Below are positions 9,801 to 19,400 of a DNA stretch of 49,716 nucleotides, in pieces. Each line of letters begins with the position of its first letter. Within the stretch, counting starts at the first letter, position 1. Under the pieces are notes generated by a model, which was given only the letters and a program-made list of their open reading frames with translations, was not told the origin of the DNA and did not search any database. The stretch covers positions 1 through 49,716 of the forward strand of contig JAYYZJ010000011.1 of the NCBI GenBank assembly GCA_036340075.1. Direction: 5' to 3'. Both the position numbers and the translations under genes were made by a program. Source of the DNA: Thermodesulfobacteriota bacterium. GTDB taxonomy: Bacteria > Desulfobacterota_D > UBA1144.

Positions 9801-12800
9801 AAGGCTAAACCTGGAATAAATAAAAATAAAATTTCTTTCAAAAGCTCTAGTGAGCTTGAAGAGTTTGGAAAATTTGCAGCTCAAGAAGGTTACCCTGAAA
9901 TTATGGCTAGTATTGTTAAAAATACTGGCATGGAGGAAGCATCCAAAAAATTAATGGGGAACACTTTTGCTCAAAGAGCTTATGATAGAAAGGCTGGAAA
10001 AAAAACAATTCAAACTTTACCCAACGAAATAGATATTGATAATATTAAAAATATTAAAGTAGGAGATTTTAAAAGCTTTGAGCATGGTCAAACAGGAGCC
10101 AATCTAAGGAGGTTGTATACCCCAGAATCTTTCGATAGAGTTAAAAATGAAAAATTTATTCAAAAACCAATAGGTCAAAGAGAATATATGCCACTTGGTG
10201 GGGCGACTGAACCAAAGATGGCTAATATTTATGATTCTGATGAAAATATTTTTAGGAGCATACAGAAAGCAAGAGGGAAAAATTTAATTGATTCCAGTAC
10301 GATAGAATCTTTATATAAAAAATTCTTAAATCAAAAAAGTAGCAGTCAGTTTTCTTTAGGTTACATACCTAATTTAGCATCATTGTTAAAGGCTAGAAAA
10401 ATGCATGATGGTTTTGGACCTCAAATGGGTGGATCGGGAGTAAGATCTAAGAAGTTTAAAGACTCGGGTTCTTTTCTTGAGTATCAAGGTAATGAGCTTG
10501 AGTTTATACAATCAATGAGAAAGGGTGACGCTAATCTACTTTTCGATAGATTTGTAAGGCAAAAAGGCTCTGTATATAGTCCAGGTATAAAACAAAATAG
10601 AAGTTTTAAACAAGGTTCAAAAACAAATTTTGAAGATTTAATTTATGCTTTTCCTCAACTACAATATAGATTAAAAAAGGGATTTGAGACGACTGGAAGA
10701 TATGTTGGAGCAAATGGAGAAAGTTTTAGATTTCTAAATCTAAAAGATTTAAAAGAACAAATTAATAAAAAATATAGCAGAGAAGAATTTCGTCAGTATT
10801 TAGGCGGAGAAGGTGTTGTAGGAATGGGCAAGATGGATGTACAGGATTTAACGACCAATGTAATCAAAGGTAGGGGAGATGATATATATAAAAATTACGC
10901 AAGAGGTTTTATTCCTAATTTTGCAAGAGTATATGGAAGGCGTTCAAAAAAATGGCAAGAAAGAGAAGGTCGAATAAAAGCTCTTTTAGAATCAGAGAAA
11001 GCATTAGGTCATAATGTTAAATTTAAATTAAAAGAAAAAGAAGTTAGGAAGATAAGATCAAAAAATATGTTTCAACAAATGTGGTTGGAATCATACTTTA
11101 AGAAAGGTAAAAAAAGTGATTACGATATGTTATTAAAAATGGGTTATGATAAAGAAACTTTATTATCTCTAAGAAAGCATGTTGGTAATGGGGGAATAGT
11201 AGATGTTTTAAGTAAAGGTTATTTACCTAACTTCGCAAAAGGAGTGCAGACATCAAAAGGTTTTTTTACCACTCAAAAACTAAGAAGGCTGACAGGCGGA
11301 GATTTTGCAAAATCAGAAACTGGAGAAAAGCTTTTCTTAAATCAATTTTCAAGAAAAGATCAAGATGCTATAAAAAACTTTCAAGCTCCAAATTCAAAAA
11401 TGAATATAGCTAGAGCCAAAGCAGCAAGCAAAGATAATAGAAATAAAATGCCAACTATAGATGCTTCAAGGCAGGCTACAATGCTAGTTGCTACGAATGG
11501 ATTGAGAAGAAAAGTTGATGCTACATATAAACATAAAGATATAAATTATAGATTAAAATATAGAGTTGAGGGTTTAAAACCTTCCAGGTTAAAAAGTACG
11601 GAATCTTCAGTAAGAAACAAAATTGAAAACATTTTAATTTCAGAATCAAATAATCTCGCTAAGAATCTTTCTGGGACTGGACAATTTGGAGCTTCTACTC
11701 CAGCTGTTCAAAAATTATCTAATGCAGGAAGTGTTGGATCGGCTGCAGGAACAGTTTTTGAATCTGCAGTTTCGGCTATAGGAAAAAATAGATTATTTAC
11801 AAGTAATAATGCAAGGTTTGACATTTCTGGAATGCCAGACGATAAGCTTAAAAACTTATTTGGTTATTACACTCCTTTTGCAGATGCGAAAATAGGAATG
11901 ACGCCAGACACAAAAAGAGATTTTCATAGTAAGTTAATGACGCTACCCACTTCAGCAAAAAATATAGCTGGTTCAGAAAGAAAAAAACAAGGGGCAATAG
12001 CTAGGGGTGTTAGAAAAAAATATGGACCACCAACTGTATCAGAGGGGTTTATTCCAAACTTTGCTAGACCTGTATTCGCTGGAAGATCAAGAAGATTAAA
12101 AACTGGAGGTTTATTCTCGCCAAGAGATTTTAAAAGACTAGAAAAAACGAGAGATGATATAAATTTAATGGGTGGAATATATATTAGACCTGGAAAAATA
12201 ACAGACAATAGCATGCCCTTTGGAGCTTTAAGTTCTAGAGATTTATCTTTACTTGAAAACAACCTTAAGAAATATGGAAAAAAACATGGTGTTGATAACG
12301 CATTGACAGAAAAAGTTTTAAGAGCGTATGGTTTAAATCCGCAGTTTAAAGATAAAGTTGGATCTATTAAAGAGAGAGGTGATTATTTGTATAATTGGGG
12401 TAAAAATATTTCTGACATTAAAGGGTACAAAAAGAGAGATGAAGAAAGATTTGATTTTTTAAGAAGTTCTAGGATAAATAGAGCTGCTGCATCTGGGTTT
12501 ACTCCAAATTTTACACATCCATTAAGTGAAGCTATTCAAAGAGAAGCGTCGGCATTAAGAGATAGAAAATTACCTGTATCATCAATAAGGATTGAGAAAT
12601 CAAATAGATTAAGAAATAATAAAAATCCAATAGGATTAGCTGTTACAAATAGATTTGATGAGCCTGGAGGGCTACAACAAGGCATAAACAGGTCTAATAG
12701 AATGGGGATAGACCCTGCGAGCCATGGAGCGCTAGCTGCAGAAGGCTATGTTCCTAATTTCATACTTCCAGCTTTAGCTGTAGCAGGTAGGGGAGCTTTG

Positions 12801-15800
12801 ATGGTTGGGCAAGTAGGTCTCAGAGGAGCTGCTATGGCAGGTAGAATTGGTATGCAGGGAATGGCACATGCGGGTAGATATGGCATGCAGGGAGCTAGAT
12901 ATGGCATGCAGGGAATGGGACATGCCGCTAGATATGGCATGCGGGGAATGGGACATGCGGGTAGATATGGCATGCGGGGACTATCTAGAAGTAGGCAATT
13001 ATTAAGAGATCGAAAAGCATTAAGATTAAGAAACAAAAGAAGAATGAGGGATGCGGGAAAAGAACCAAGATCGATGTTTGGATTTGATAGTCCTATAGGT
13101 CAAGGTGCATCAATGGGGGGAATGTTTTTGGGTCCAATGGTAGCAGAACAAGTTAGAAATGGAGAGCAGGCAATGAGCGGAAGTAAAGGTATGATGCATG
13201 ATACTTTAATGGGAGCTTCTTACGGATCTATGTTTGGTGTACCAGGAATGATTGCTGGGGCAGGGGCAGGACTGCTTCATGGAGAGCTTAAAAGTGAAAG
13301 TAGGGATCAAATTAAAAATATGACCGAGGGAATAGACAAAGCTAAAAGAAAATTAGATAAAATATTATCTGATACATCCGAAATTGAAAGATATGGAGAG
13401 GCATTAGGTGAATTGCAAGTAGCAATGGAAGTTGGAGATGCAGAAGGAATAGTTGAAGCTAATAAAGAAATTAGAGAATCCTTACGAAATATAAAAGATC
13501 CAGAACTGGCTGCAGAAATAAATAGCATAGCAACCTCAAGTATGTCAGCAACAGAAAAACTTCAATTAATGGGCGAAGCTGTCGAAGGTTTAAAAAATAG
13601 AGCGGAATTATTCGAGGCAGCAATCAATGCAGGTCAGGAAATAAGAGATTTTAAAGAACAAAATGATCCATTAGTAAAAGGTGGAGAAGATGGTAGTATG
13701 CTGGGGAACGCAAAAAATTCAGTTTTAGCCTTCTTAGGGTCAGTGGCTGGATACGGCGATTACGAACAAAATAAAAGATTCCTAGATAAGAAAGATAGTG
13801 ATATTTATTCAAACGATCCTGATGCTGCAAAAGACCAAGCAAAAAGATTGATGCCTAATATTGTAAATCAAATAAAAATTGATGCAGAGAAGCAAACCTT
13901 GAAAGAATTGTCTTCTGGCGAAGCTCAGGGTAGACTAAATACAGATATTGAAACCGTAACAAATTTACAAGGTTTATTGAAAGAAATTGATATTTTAACT
14001 GAGCAAGCTAAGACAGATACAACGGGTAAATTTGTTGGTGATGGAGAAGGGAGGAAAGCTCTTGACAAAGCGATGAATGAAGCTAGAGATGCTTTTGCAT
14101 TTGATAATTTTGAAGATAAAGGTTTGGGATTTGCCATGCAAGAAATCGAAAGAAATGGGGGAATAACTACTCAAAGTTTGAAAGAGGTAACTAAAGAATT
14201 AGAAGCTATGAAAAAAGTGGCTGATAGTTTAAAAGGCTTAGAAGGTCAAACAACAGATCAAATAAAAAAGGCTATATCGAAAGATGCAAATCTCGAGACT
14301 GCAGCTTCAACAATAACTGAAGATATACAGTTTAGATCAACAGAAAAAGATTTACAACTTTTACTGGATAATAAATTTGAATCAACAGATTTTGCGAAAG
14401 GGTTAAGAGAAACAGCTGGTGGTAATCAAGTAGCTACAGATATAGGAAATGCAATGGAAGAGAGTGAGATTTTTAAAATGGCATTGATTGGCGAATTAAT
14501 GGATTCACTTAAGTCAACACAAACTGGATTTATTGATATGGGAAAAGCTTTAGAAGTTGCAGCTAAGGTAATGAATGATCATAATAATGCAGGGGAAAAA
14601 GTTAGACTTTCTTATGAAAGAATGATTGCCGCTCAAGAAATGGCAGAAAACGCTCTGGAAAGGTTTTCAAATGGTCTAGATAACTCAAGGGGCGCTCTTG
14701 AAAATATTGTTGGATTTTTATCTGATGGCAATCAATATTTAAGGGATACAAATTCAATAACAAGTCAGGAAGCCAATGACAGACAATTTAAGCTTCAACA
14801 AAAAGCTATGGACATAACTCAAGAGCTAGACTTAAAAGAAGGCTTGATGAATTTAATTGGCAATAGTATTGATATATCAAGTATGTTTAACCCCGATAAA
14901 ACCATTAAAACAGAAATGGGAGTCCCAGACAAAAATCCTACCTCGATAGTTGGGCAAATGAAAAAAGATATTGATGATGAACTCGCTCCTCAACAAGAAG
15001 GTATGGCGAATGAATTTGCAAATTTCATGAATAATAATCAGGATGGAAACATAACCTTAGACGAGATAAAAGGGTTGATGATAAATTTAAATAACTATGG
15101 ATCAGAAGGAAATAAAATAGCTAAGAAGGCGCAAATTTTGATAGACAAACATCAAATGAAAGCTCAAAGACAAAGAGAAGCCATGTTAATGCAAAGAGAA
15201 TTGCAAGAAGCTAGGGAGGCTAGTGATTTTCTGCAAAGAACTGGAGCCTCTATAATGGGAATAAATGAAGAAAGGGCTATAGCTGATCTATCTCCATCTT
15301 TAGATATGTCTGGGGCTAACAGTGTAATTAGATCGGCTGTCGGAGGACTAAATCCAAATGCTGCAGACGCATCTCTGATATCTAATATGGATCAATTTGC
15401 AAGTATCATGAATATTCCAACCGAAGAAATTCTAGGTGTTAATTCAGATGATTTAGCATTAACAAGAAGTTTAGCTAATTTAGAAAAAGCTATAGAAGCT
15501 TTAAGGATTGGAAACGGAGGATCTCTACCCCCAGGAATGAATGAATTTTTTAACGATCTAAGGCAGCGATTGTTTGAAAACCATGACAAAACTGTAGCTG
15601 CTAGAGGAAAGGTTGAGGAATATAATAAGCATTTCCTTGAAGGTGGATTAGATATGGCTCTACTGGGTGGACCAATGGAACAAACAGCTGCTCATTTAGC
15701 TTTTATAAATTCAAATGGAATTAAAATAAGTAATTTTTCAGAACTAACTGGTTTTAGTGCAACTGAGCCTCCTGGGATTAGCCTCAATGGTGAACCTGGA

Positions 15801-16391
15801 TTCGTTTCAAATCCTTTAATGTCTCCACCAGGGGATGGCAGTCAACTATCTAATCCTGGAGGAGTTCCAGATATGCCTGAACTTGGGATGATGATTGAAG
15901 CATTAAAATTAATGCAGTCTGAAGGAGTTATAGTAAAAAATATACAAGAAATAGGAGTTGCAATAGCTGAGAATTTAAAACAAGTAAAAGAAGAATCTTC
16001 TGGAGAATTAATAGAGGTAATGTCTAGTTTAAATGAAAACATCGGAATAACATCAGAATCTTTAAGTTCTTTTGGCGAAAATATTCAAGTTCTTTCTGAA
16101 TCATTAGCTCCTATTTCTGAAAGTGCTAGTTTATTGAGCGAAACTTTTACAACAGTTTCAGATACAATGAATTCGTTCCCAGAATTACTAAGAGGGCAAT
16201 TAGAAGAAGTTACCTTCCAACATGCAGTTACTGGGAATATAGAAATGAATTTTAACAGCTCAGTTGTCCAAGGAGTGTTGGGGCCAGCAATGTATGATCA
16301 ATTAAAGAAAATATTAGTAGAGCCAATGATTTTAGATTATTTATCAAAAGCTATAGGAACAAGAATAGACCCTCAGGGAAGGTTGAACTAA
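6870..16391 (+). CDS. Tail tape measure protein (TP901/PhageMin_Tail-type N-terminus) with internal motif-delimited cargo modules
   Basis: 3173 aa. N-terminal region has ELARQGLS...LTAAINSF...AVSSADLAEAISRAG...IGNGFKSIFTR typical of the TMP core, plus Gly/Ala-rich hydrophobic segments, a long helical C-terminal part, and the canonical gene position. Confidence 0.9.
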   Translation: MSVVNIPTSASGYHQSIVSQARSAQRTVNRMQMSPTLNPQGMTQPLGKITNSASEFQKSMDASAARVFAFGAAVGVINGISDAFRGMVESMAEVEKSLKDIQVVMEASDAAMRSFGDGLFDVARNTATSFDLVAASATELARQGLSSEETLARVNSALILSRLSGLDTVKSTETLTAAINSFNKEGITHTQVINRMANVDAAFAVSSADLAEAISRAGAVAQSSGVAFNELAAIVTAVQQRTARGGSVIGNGFKSIFTRIKRSGVREALEEIGVATKNNDGSFRSSIAILEDYAKVYQGLSDTQKAYTSEQIAGVFQIQNLQALIQDLNSGYSVYNKALSVANNTTNEAIQRNDALNTTMSALFAQTTLSAKELAATIGEVGFSENFKEILTFLNNLAKKLNEIFSEDKGSDFAQNLIRGIGSFLTGPGLVIMGAAFLKIFGLVAKFAKEAFADLLGVNKEAKRQQSLQVAIGQILSTNAGVYQKILAAGTSTAKQQQIILNLIKQETAERLKQEALIKRIAGGRVLAGIGAGEQGFIPMGKKSAQRKGRKTLGMASGFLPSIGKEMSDINSGIGGARKGDKPVVLKGHKMSGGRRENVVAHTGEWVVSNFAGTGGDAIFNRDMIKKMGKPKGAKKITASSGFIPNYAKPVQKKYMAVQASARRLDWRQGGRSLISKFSDGVDMFKAMIKINRMEQTSKQLGSRAHAWVTGKPMSGDSIIKGEQIPEKSTKAWFIRDKNKDGTKYKLNFSMKNVESGLRKEFGTLMDQPTGKSLLTTVNNLTDEKKTPRFKDKVPKKVQGRFAHITNLLKGLQGEKLARSKLRKDRGSGDYIRGNESFDLKYKNKKGEERFSEVKAVSQQDLLPILKKGATQFLRSTGKDFKNEEKDIINVNKGSSQISGFLELMTMADTEVTRPSFARGYVPNFGKFNLFEGVRKTKGGKDYIWENELAQAKHQLPEGTKFTPWAKNPKMIFVSGHKAKPGINKNKISFKSSSELEEFGKFAAQEGYPEIMASIVKNTGMEEASKKLMGNTFAQRAYDRKAGKKTIQTLPNEIDIDNIKNIKVGDFKSFEHGQTGANLRRLYTPESFDRVKNEKFIQKPIGQREYMPLGGATEPKMANIYDSDENIFRSIQKARGKNLIDSSTIESLYKKFLNQKSSSQFSLGYIPNLASLLKARKMHDGFGPQMGGSGVRSKKFKDSGSFLEYQGNELEFIQSMRKGDANLLFDRFVRQKGSVYSPGIKQNRSFKQGSKTNFEDLIYAFPQLQYRLKKGFETTGRYVGANGESFRFLNLKDLKEQINKKYSREEFRQYLGGEGVVGMGKMDVQDLTTNVIKGRGDDIYKNYARGFIPNFARVYGRRSKKWQEREGRIKALLESEKALGHNVKFKLKEKEVRKIRSKNMFQQMWLESYFKKGKKSDYDMLLKMGYDKETLLSLRKHVGNGGIVDVLSKGYLPNFAKGVQTSKGFFTTQKLRRLTGGDFAKSETGEKLFLNQFSRKDQDAIKNFQAPNSKMNIARAKAASKDNRNKMPTIDASRQATMLVATNGLRRKVDATYKHKDINYRLKYRVEGLKPSRLKSTESSVRNKIENILISESNNLAKNLSGTGQFGASTPAVQKLSNAGSVGSAAGTVFESAVSAIGKNRLFTSNNARFDISGMPDDKLKNLFGYYTPFADAKIGMTPDTKRDFHSKLMTLPTSAKNIAGSERKKQGAIARGVRKKYGPPTVSEGFIPNFARPVFAGRSRRLKTGGLFSPRDFKRLEKTRDDINLMGGIYIRPGKITDNSMPFGALSSRDLSLLENNLKKYGKKHGVDNALTEKVLRAYGLNPQFKDKVGSIKERGDYLYNWGKNISDIKGYKKRDEERFDFLRSSRINRAAASGFTPNFTHPLSEAIQREASALRDRKLPVSSIRIEKSNRLRNNKNPIGLAVTNRFDEPGGLQQGINRSNRMGIDPASHGALAAEGYVPNFILPALAVAGRGALMVGQVGLRGAAMAGRIGMQGMAHAGRYGMQGARYGMQGMGHAARYGMRGMGHAGRYGMRGLSRSRQLLRDRKALRLRNKRRMRDAGKEPRSMFGFDSPIGQGASMGGMFLGPMVAEQVRNGEQAMSGSKGMMHDTLMGASYGSMFGVPGMIAGAGAGLLHGELKSESRDQIKNMTEGIDKAKRKLDKILSDTSEIERYGEALGELQVAMEVGDAEGIVEANKEIRESLRNIKDPELAAEINSIATSSMSATEKLQLMGEAVEGLKNRAELFEAAINAGQEIRDFKEQNDPLVKGGEDGSMLGNAKNSVLAFLGSVAGYGDYEQNKRFLDKKDSDIYSNDPDAAKDQAKRLMPNIVNQIKIDAEKQTLKELSSGEAQGRLNTDIETVTNLQGLLKEIDILTEQAKTDTTGKFVGDGEGRKALDKAMNEARDAFAFDNFEDKGLGFAMQEIERNGGITTQSLKEVTKELEAMKKVADSLKGLEGQTTDQIKKAISKDANLETAASTITEDIQFRSTEKDLQLLLDNKFESTDFAKGLRETAGGNQVATDIGNAMEESEIFKMALIGELMDSLKSTQTGFIDMGKALEVAAKVMNDHNNAGEKVRLSYERMIAAQEMAENALERFSNGLDNSRGALENIVGFLSDGNQYLRDTNSITSQEANDRQFKLQQKAMDITQELDLKEGLMNLIGNSIDISSMFNPDKTIKTEMGVPDKNPTSIVGQMKKDIDDELAPQQEGMANEFANFMNNNQDGNITLDEIKGLMINLNNYGSEGNKIAKKAQILIDKHQMKAQRQREAMLMQRELQEAREASDFLQRTGASIMGINEERAIADLSPSLDMSGANSVIRSAVGGLNPNAADASLISNMDQFASIMNIPTEEILGVNSDDLALTRSLANLEKAIEALRIGNGGSLPPGMNEFFNDLRQRLFENHDKTVAARGKVEEYNKHFLEGGLDMALLGGPMEQTAAHLAFINSNGIKISNFSELTGFSATEPPGISLNGEPGFVSNPLMSPPGDGSQLSNPGGVPDMPELGMMIEALKLMQSEGVIVKNIQEIGVAIAENLKQVKEESSGELIEVMSSLNENIGITSESLSSFGENIQVLSESLAPISESASLLSETFTTVSDTMNSFPELLRGQLEEVTFQHAVTGNIEMNFNSSVVQGVLGPAMYDQLKKILVEPMILDYLSKAIGTRIDPQGRLN
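8793..12761 (+). repeat. Eight dispersed copies of peptide motif G[FY][IVLT]PN[FYL] in the TMP
   Basis: GFIPNY 8793, GYVPNF 9627, GYIPNL 10359, GFIPNF 10905, GYLPNF 11217, GFIPNF 12045, GFTPNF 12495, GYVPNF 12744; degenerate copies GFIPM 8475 and GFLPS 8541. Confidence 0.95.
12840..12980 (+). repeat. Tandem 33/21-bp coding repeat (GRYGMQGMGHA-like, 11/7 aa)
   Basis: Five units; four carry TAGATATGGCATGC(A/G)GGGA and the first is a degenerate copy. Confidence 0.9.
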
Positions 16392-16431
16392 CGCTTTAAA
16401 TAATGATTAATTTTTTTATAATAAATATGTT

Positions 16432-19400
16432 ATGGCTATTAATTTTGAAAATGTAAGTTCTTTATCAGTTACTCAAAAGAATTTAAAATTTGAGACTGAT
16501 TTTACATTTAAAAAAATAAAATTAATAGAAGTAACAGGAATTTTATTAGACTTAAATAATGACGAGGGCGTCAAGAATATATTTAATGAAGCTACTGATA
16601 TAATAGAGGTATATGAGAATACTAGGCAAAGTGGTTATGGAACAATTAATAAAGGTGTTCAAGAAATATTAATAAACGGAATAAGTTATGGGGAGGGATA
16701 TATAGACTCCTTCTCAGTATCTGGAGATCAAATAAGAACCGCTGAATATTCTGCTTCTTTAGAAGTTTGTGAGCAGGGTGATTTGTCAGAGATAATATTA
16801 AGTCAAAATGAATCTCAAAAAATTAATTTAGGTCAATCTAGTTTGGTAGATGAAGATTTAAAATATTTAGATTTATTAGATGAAAATTTTAGTTTTAATA
16901 TATCAGAAGAAAATGGAGTAGAATTAAATCATTCAATAAATTGTTCTTTTTCTTATAGAGAATCTTTAATATCAAATAAGAAAAATATATGGACTGGATC
17001 TTCAGTTCAACCATCAAAATTAGTAAATTTAAAAAATAAAGGAAAAGGCTCGATAAAAGTTAGCGCAAATTCTAGCGCCAGTTATCAAATTAGTTTGGAT
17101 CAAGATGATTATGTATTAAAATTTGACTATTTAGGTCAAAACTCTTTATCGCCTGGAAGCGCGAGTGTTCAGTTTGGGTCAAAACAGATAGATCTGGGCG
17201 GTCAGTACGGAAATAAACAGATTGATTTTACCAATCCTTCAAGTTCAAATGTTACAATAACATTAAATGCAAATGCATCAAATGATACTTTTTTTAATAA
17301 TTTTAAGTTATATAAAAAGAGTGAAACGCCCATTGAAAAAAGTAGAGAATTAGCAAACTTTCTTTTAAACAGTTCACCAAATTATTCTATACTCGAAAGT
17401 GATTATCAGAATAAATATAAATCGCAATCAACTTTTGACAACTTCTCTAAAACAGAAACATTTGATGAATTAAATTTAGACTATCAACTTGCGAAATCTA
17501 TTAGCCATAATGAGTTACAAGCAAGTGATGAATACTCGTTAAAACAGCAAAGAAGTATTCAGTATGGTAATGATGGACTGGTGTCCGTCACTGAGAGTTC
17601 TGAAATCAAAATATTAAAAAATAAAACAGATCAAAATTTATTAGATAAAACTAATGATATTCAAGATGGCTCTTATAATAGGTGTTTACAACATTTTGCA
17701 GATTATAAAGATATGTTTGAGTATGGATGCGAAACTAACACTCAAACAAAAACTCCAATAGATGAAAATTCGCTATACAATAAACCAATTAATATATCTA
17801 AGAATTTTAATTTTTATGCAGGCACATCAAATTTAGAAATTTCATTTTCAAATGATGAAACTTATTCTAGTAATAACGGAGAGTATTCAAATCAAAGCAC
17901 TGAAACAGTAGAAAACCTAGATGGTTATTATAAAATAAATACATCTGGTTCTATACAGGGTAATGGAGATACTGTATCTGAAAAAAACCAAAACGCTAAA
18001 ACTGGTTATGATAATGTAATAAGTTCAATACAATCAAAAATAAATCAAACCAAATTAGAATATGCACCTTTAGATGATTTTTATATATCTTCTAAAAATG
18101 TAAATACAGACGAATTTATAGGCGCTATATCATACGCAATAGAGTTTACTAATAAAAAATCTTTTCAAAAATATTCTTCTGGCAATAAAGATATAGTCAA
18201 GAGGTATGAGATAAAAGTTGATACTTCTAATAATGTAGAAATTATAAATCAATTTTATATAAATTGCATTCCTGTAGCTCAAAAAATGAACAACATGTTA
18301 AGCTCTAAAACAATAGCAGTGCAAATAGAGCTGGAAGGCTTTCAGTCTTCTACACAAATAGAATTGTTTGATGCAGCAAAAGAAATTTTAAGACAAAAAA
18401 ATTTATTACTAGGAGAAGATTCAGAAGATGAAAATGCAGAAAACGTAAGAAATTCTACATCAAACGAATATGTTACCGCAGAAAATTTCCAATTTTCAGC
18501 GAGAGATAAAGTATTGTCTTATACCAGAAATATAATTGATTTATCTGTGTGCTCAACTCCAACCAGGACTGAAGGTTACTTTCATTTTGGATGGGATGAT
18601 TTATTTTACCAAACTCCAGTAGCTTATACTCCAACCTATCAGGATTACGTAGCTCCAACATTTGAGTATTTTTATGACCCGAGTGCGACAGAGACGGATG
18701 AATGGAATTATGATGGTATATTATATACGCCAATCCCGCAACAAACCCCAACTTTAACAGAAGCCCCGACTCCCACTCCAACAGTTGAAACTCCCACTCC
18801 AGCAGTTGAAACTCCCACTCAAGCAGAAACAACAACACCCACAGAAACTTTAACTGAAACAAATACTCCTACAATAAATCAATTTTATTTTTACACAGCC
18901 TATATACCTGATAACTGGAATCAAAATATAGATTCATTAGGAATTAATGGAACTATTGTTAGTGGCAAAAGATGTGTTGATGATGGAGGTGGACAAGTAA
19001 ATATAAGTCCTAGTTGGGCAAGCGGATCTGGATCAGATTTTTATGTAAGAGATTGTTTTAGAGGCATAGGGGATCAAGGGACTAGATTTGAAAGTCTTTT
19101 ATTCAAGATTCCAATAAGCGAACCAACACCAACGCCTCTGGTTGAACATTGTGATTTTTATGATATAAGTATTCATGATTTTTGGAGTGGTACAATATCT
19201 GGTATGGTTAACGCTGGTTCGTTTATAGGTGGATATAGAGATTTTGGAAATTTTGAATACAATGATGGAATTAGTGCATCCAGCTCTTTAATAAAGTTCG
19301 GCATGAATAATACTTCTCATCCAAATTTTGGAGTTGGAGAGCAGTATAACTCAATAAGATATCATAGTTGTCAGGAAGTTGAGTTAGTTGATAGTGCTGT

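Noticed and set aside
8793..12761. Inteins or introns as the explanation for the TMP inserts
   Set aside because: No C/S...HN-C/S/T splice junctions or LAGLIDADG motifs at module borders, and the frame is uninterrupted
12840..12980. CRISPR-like array
   Set aside because: Units are contiguous, in-frame coding repeats with no unique spacers, and no cas genes are present
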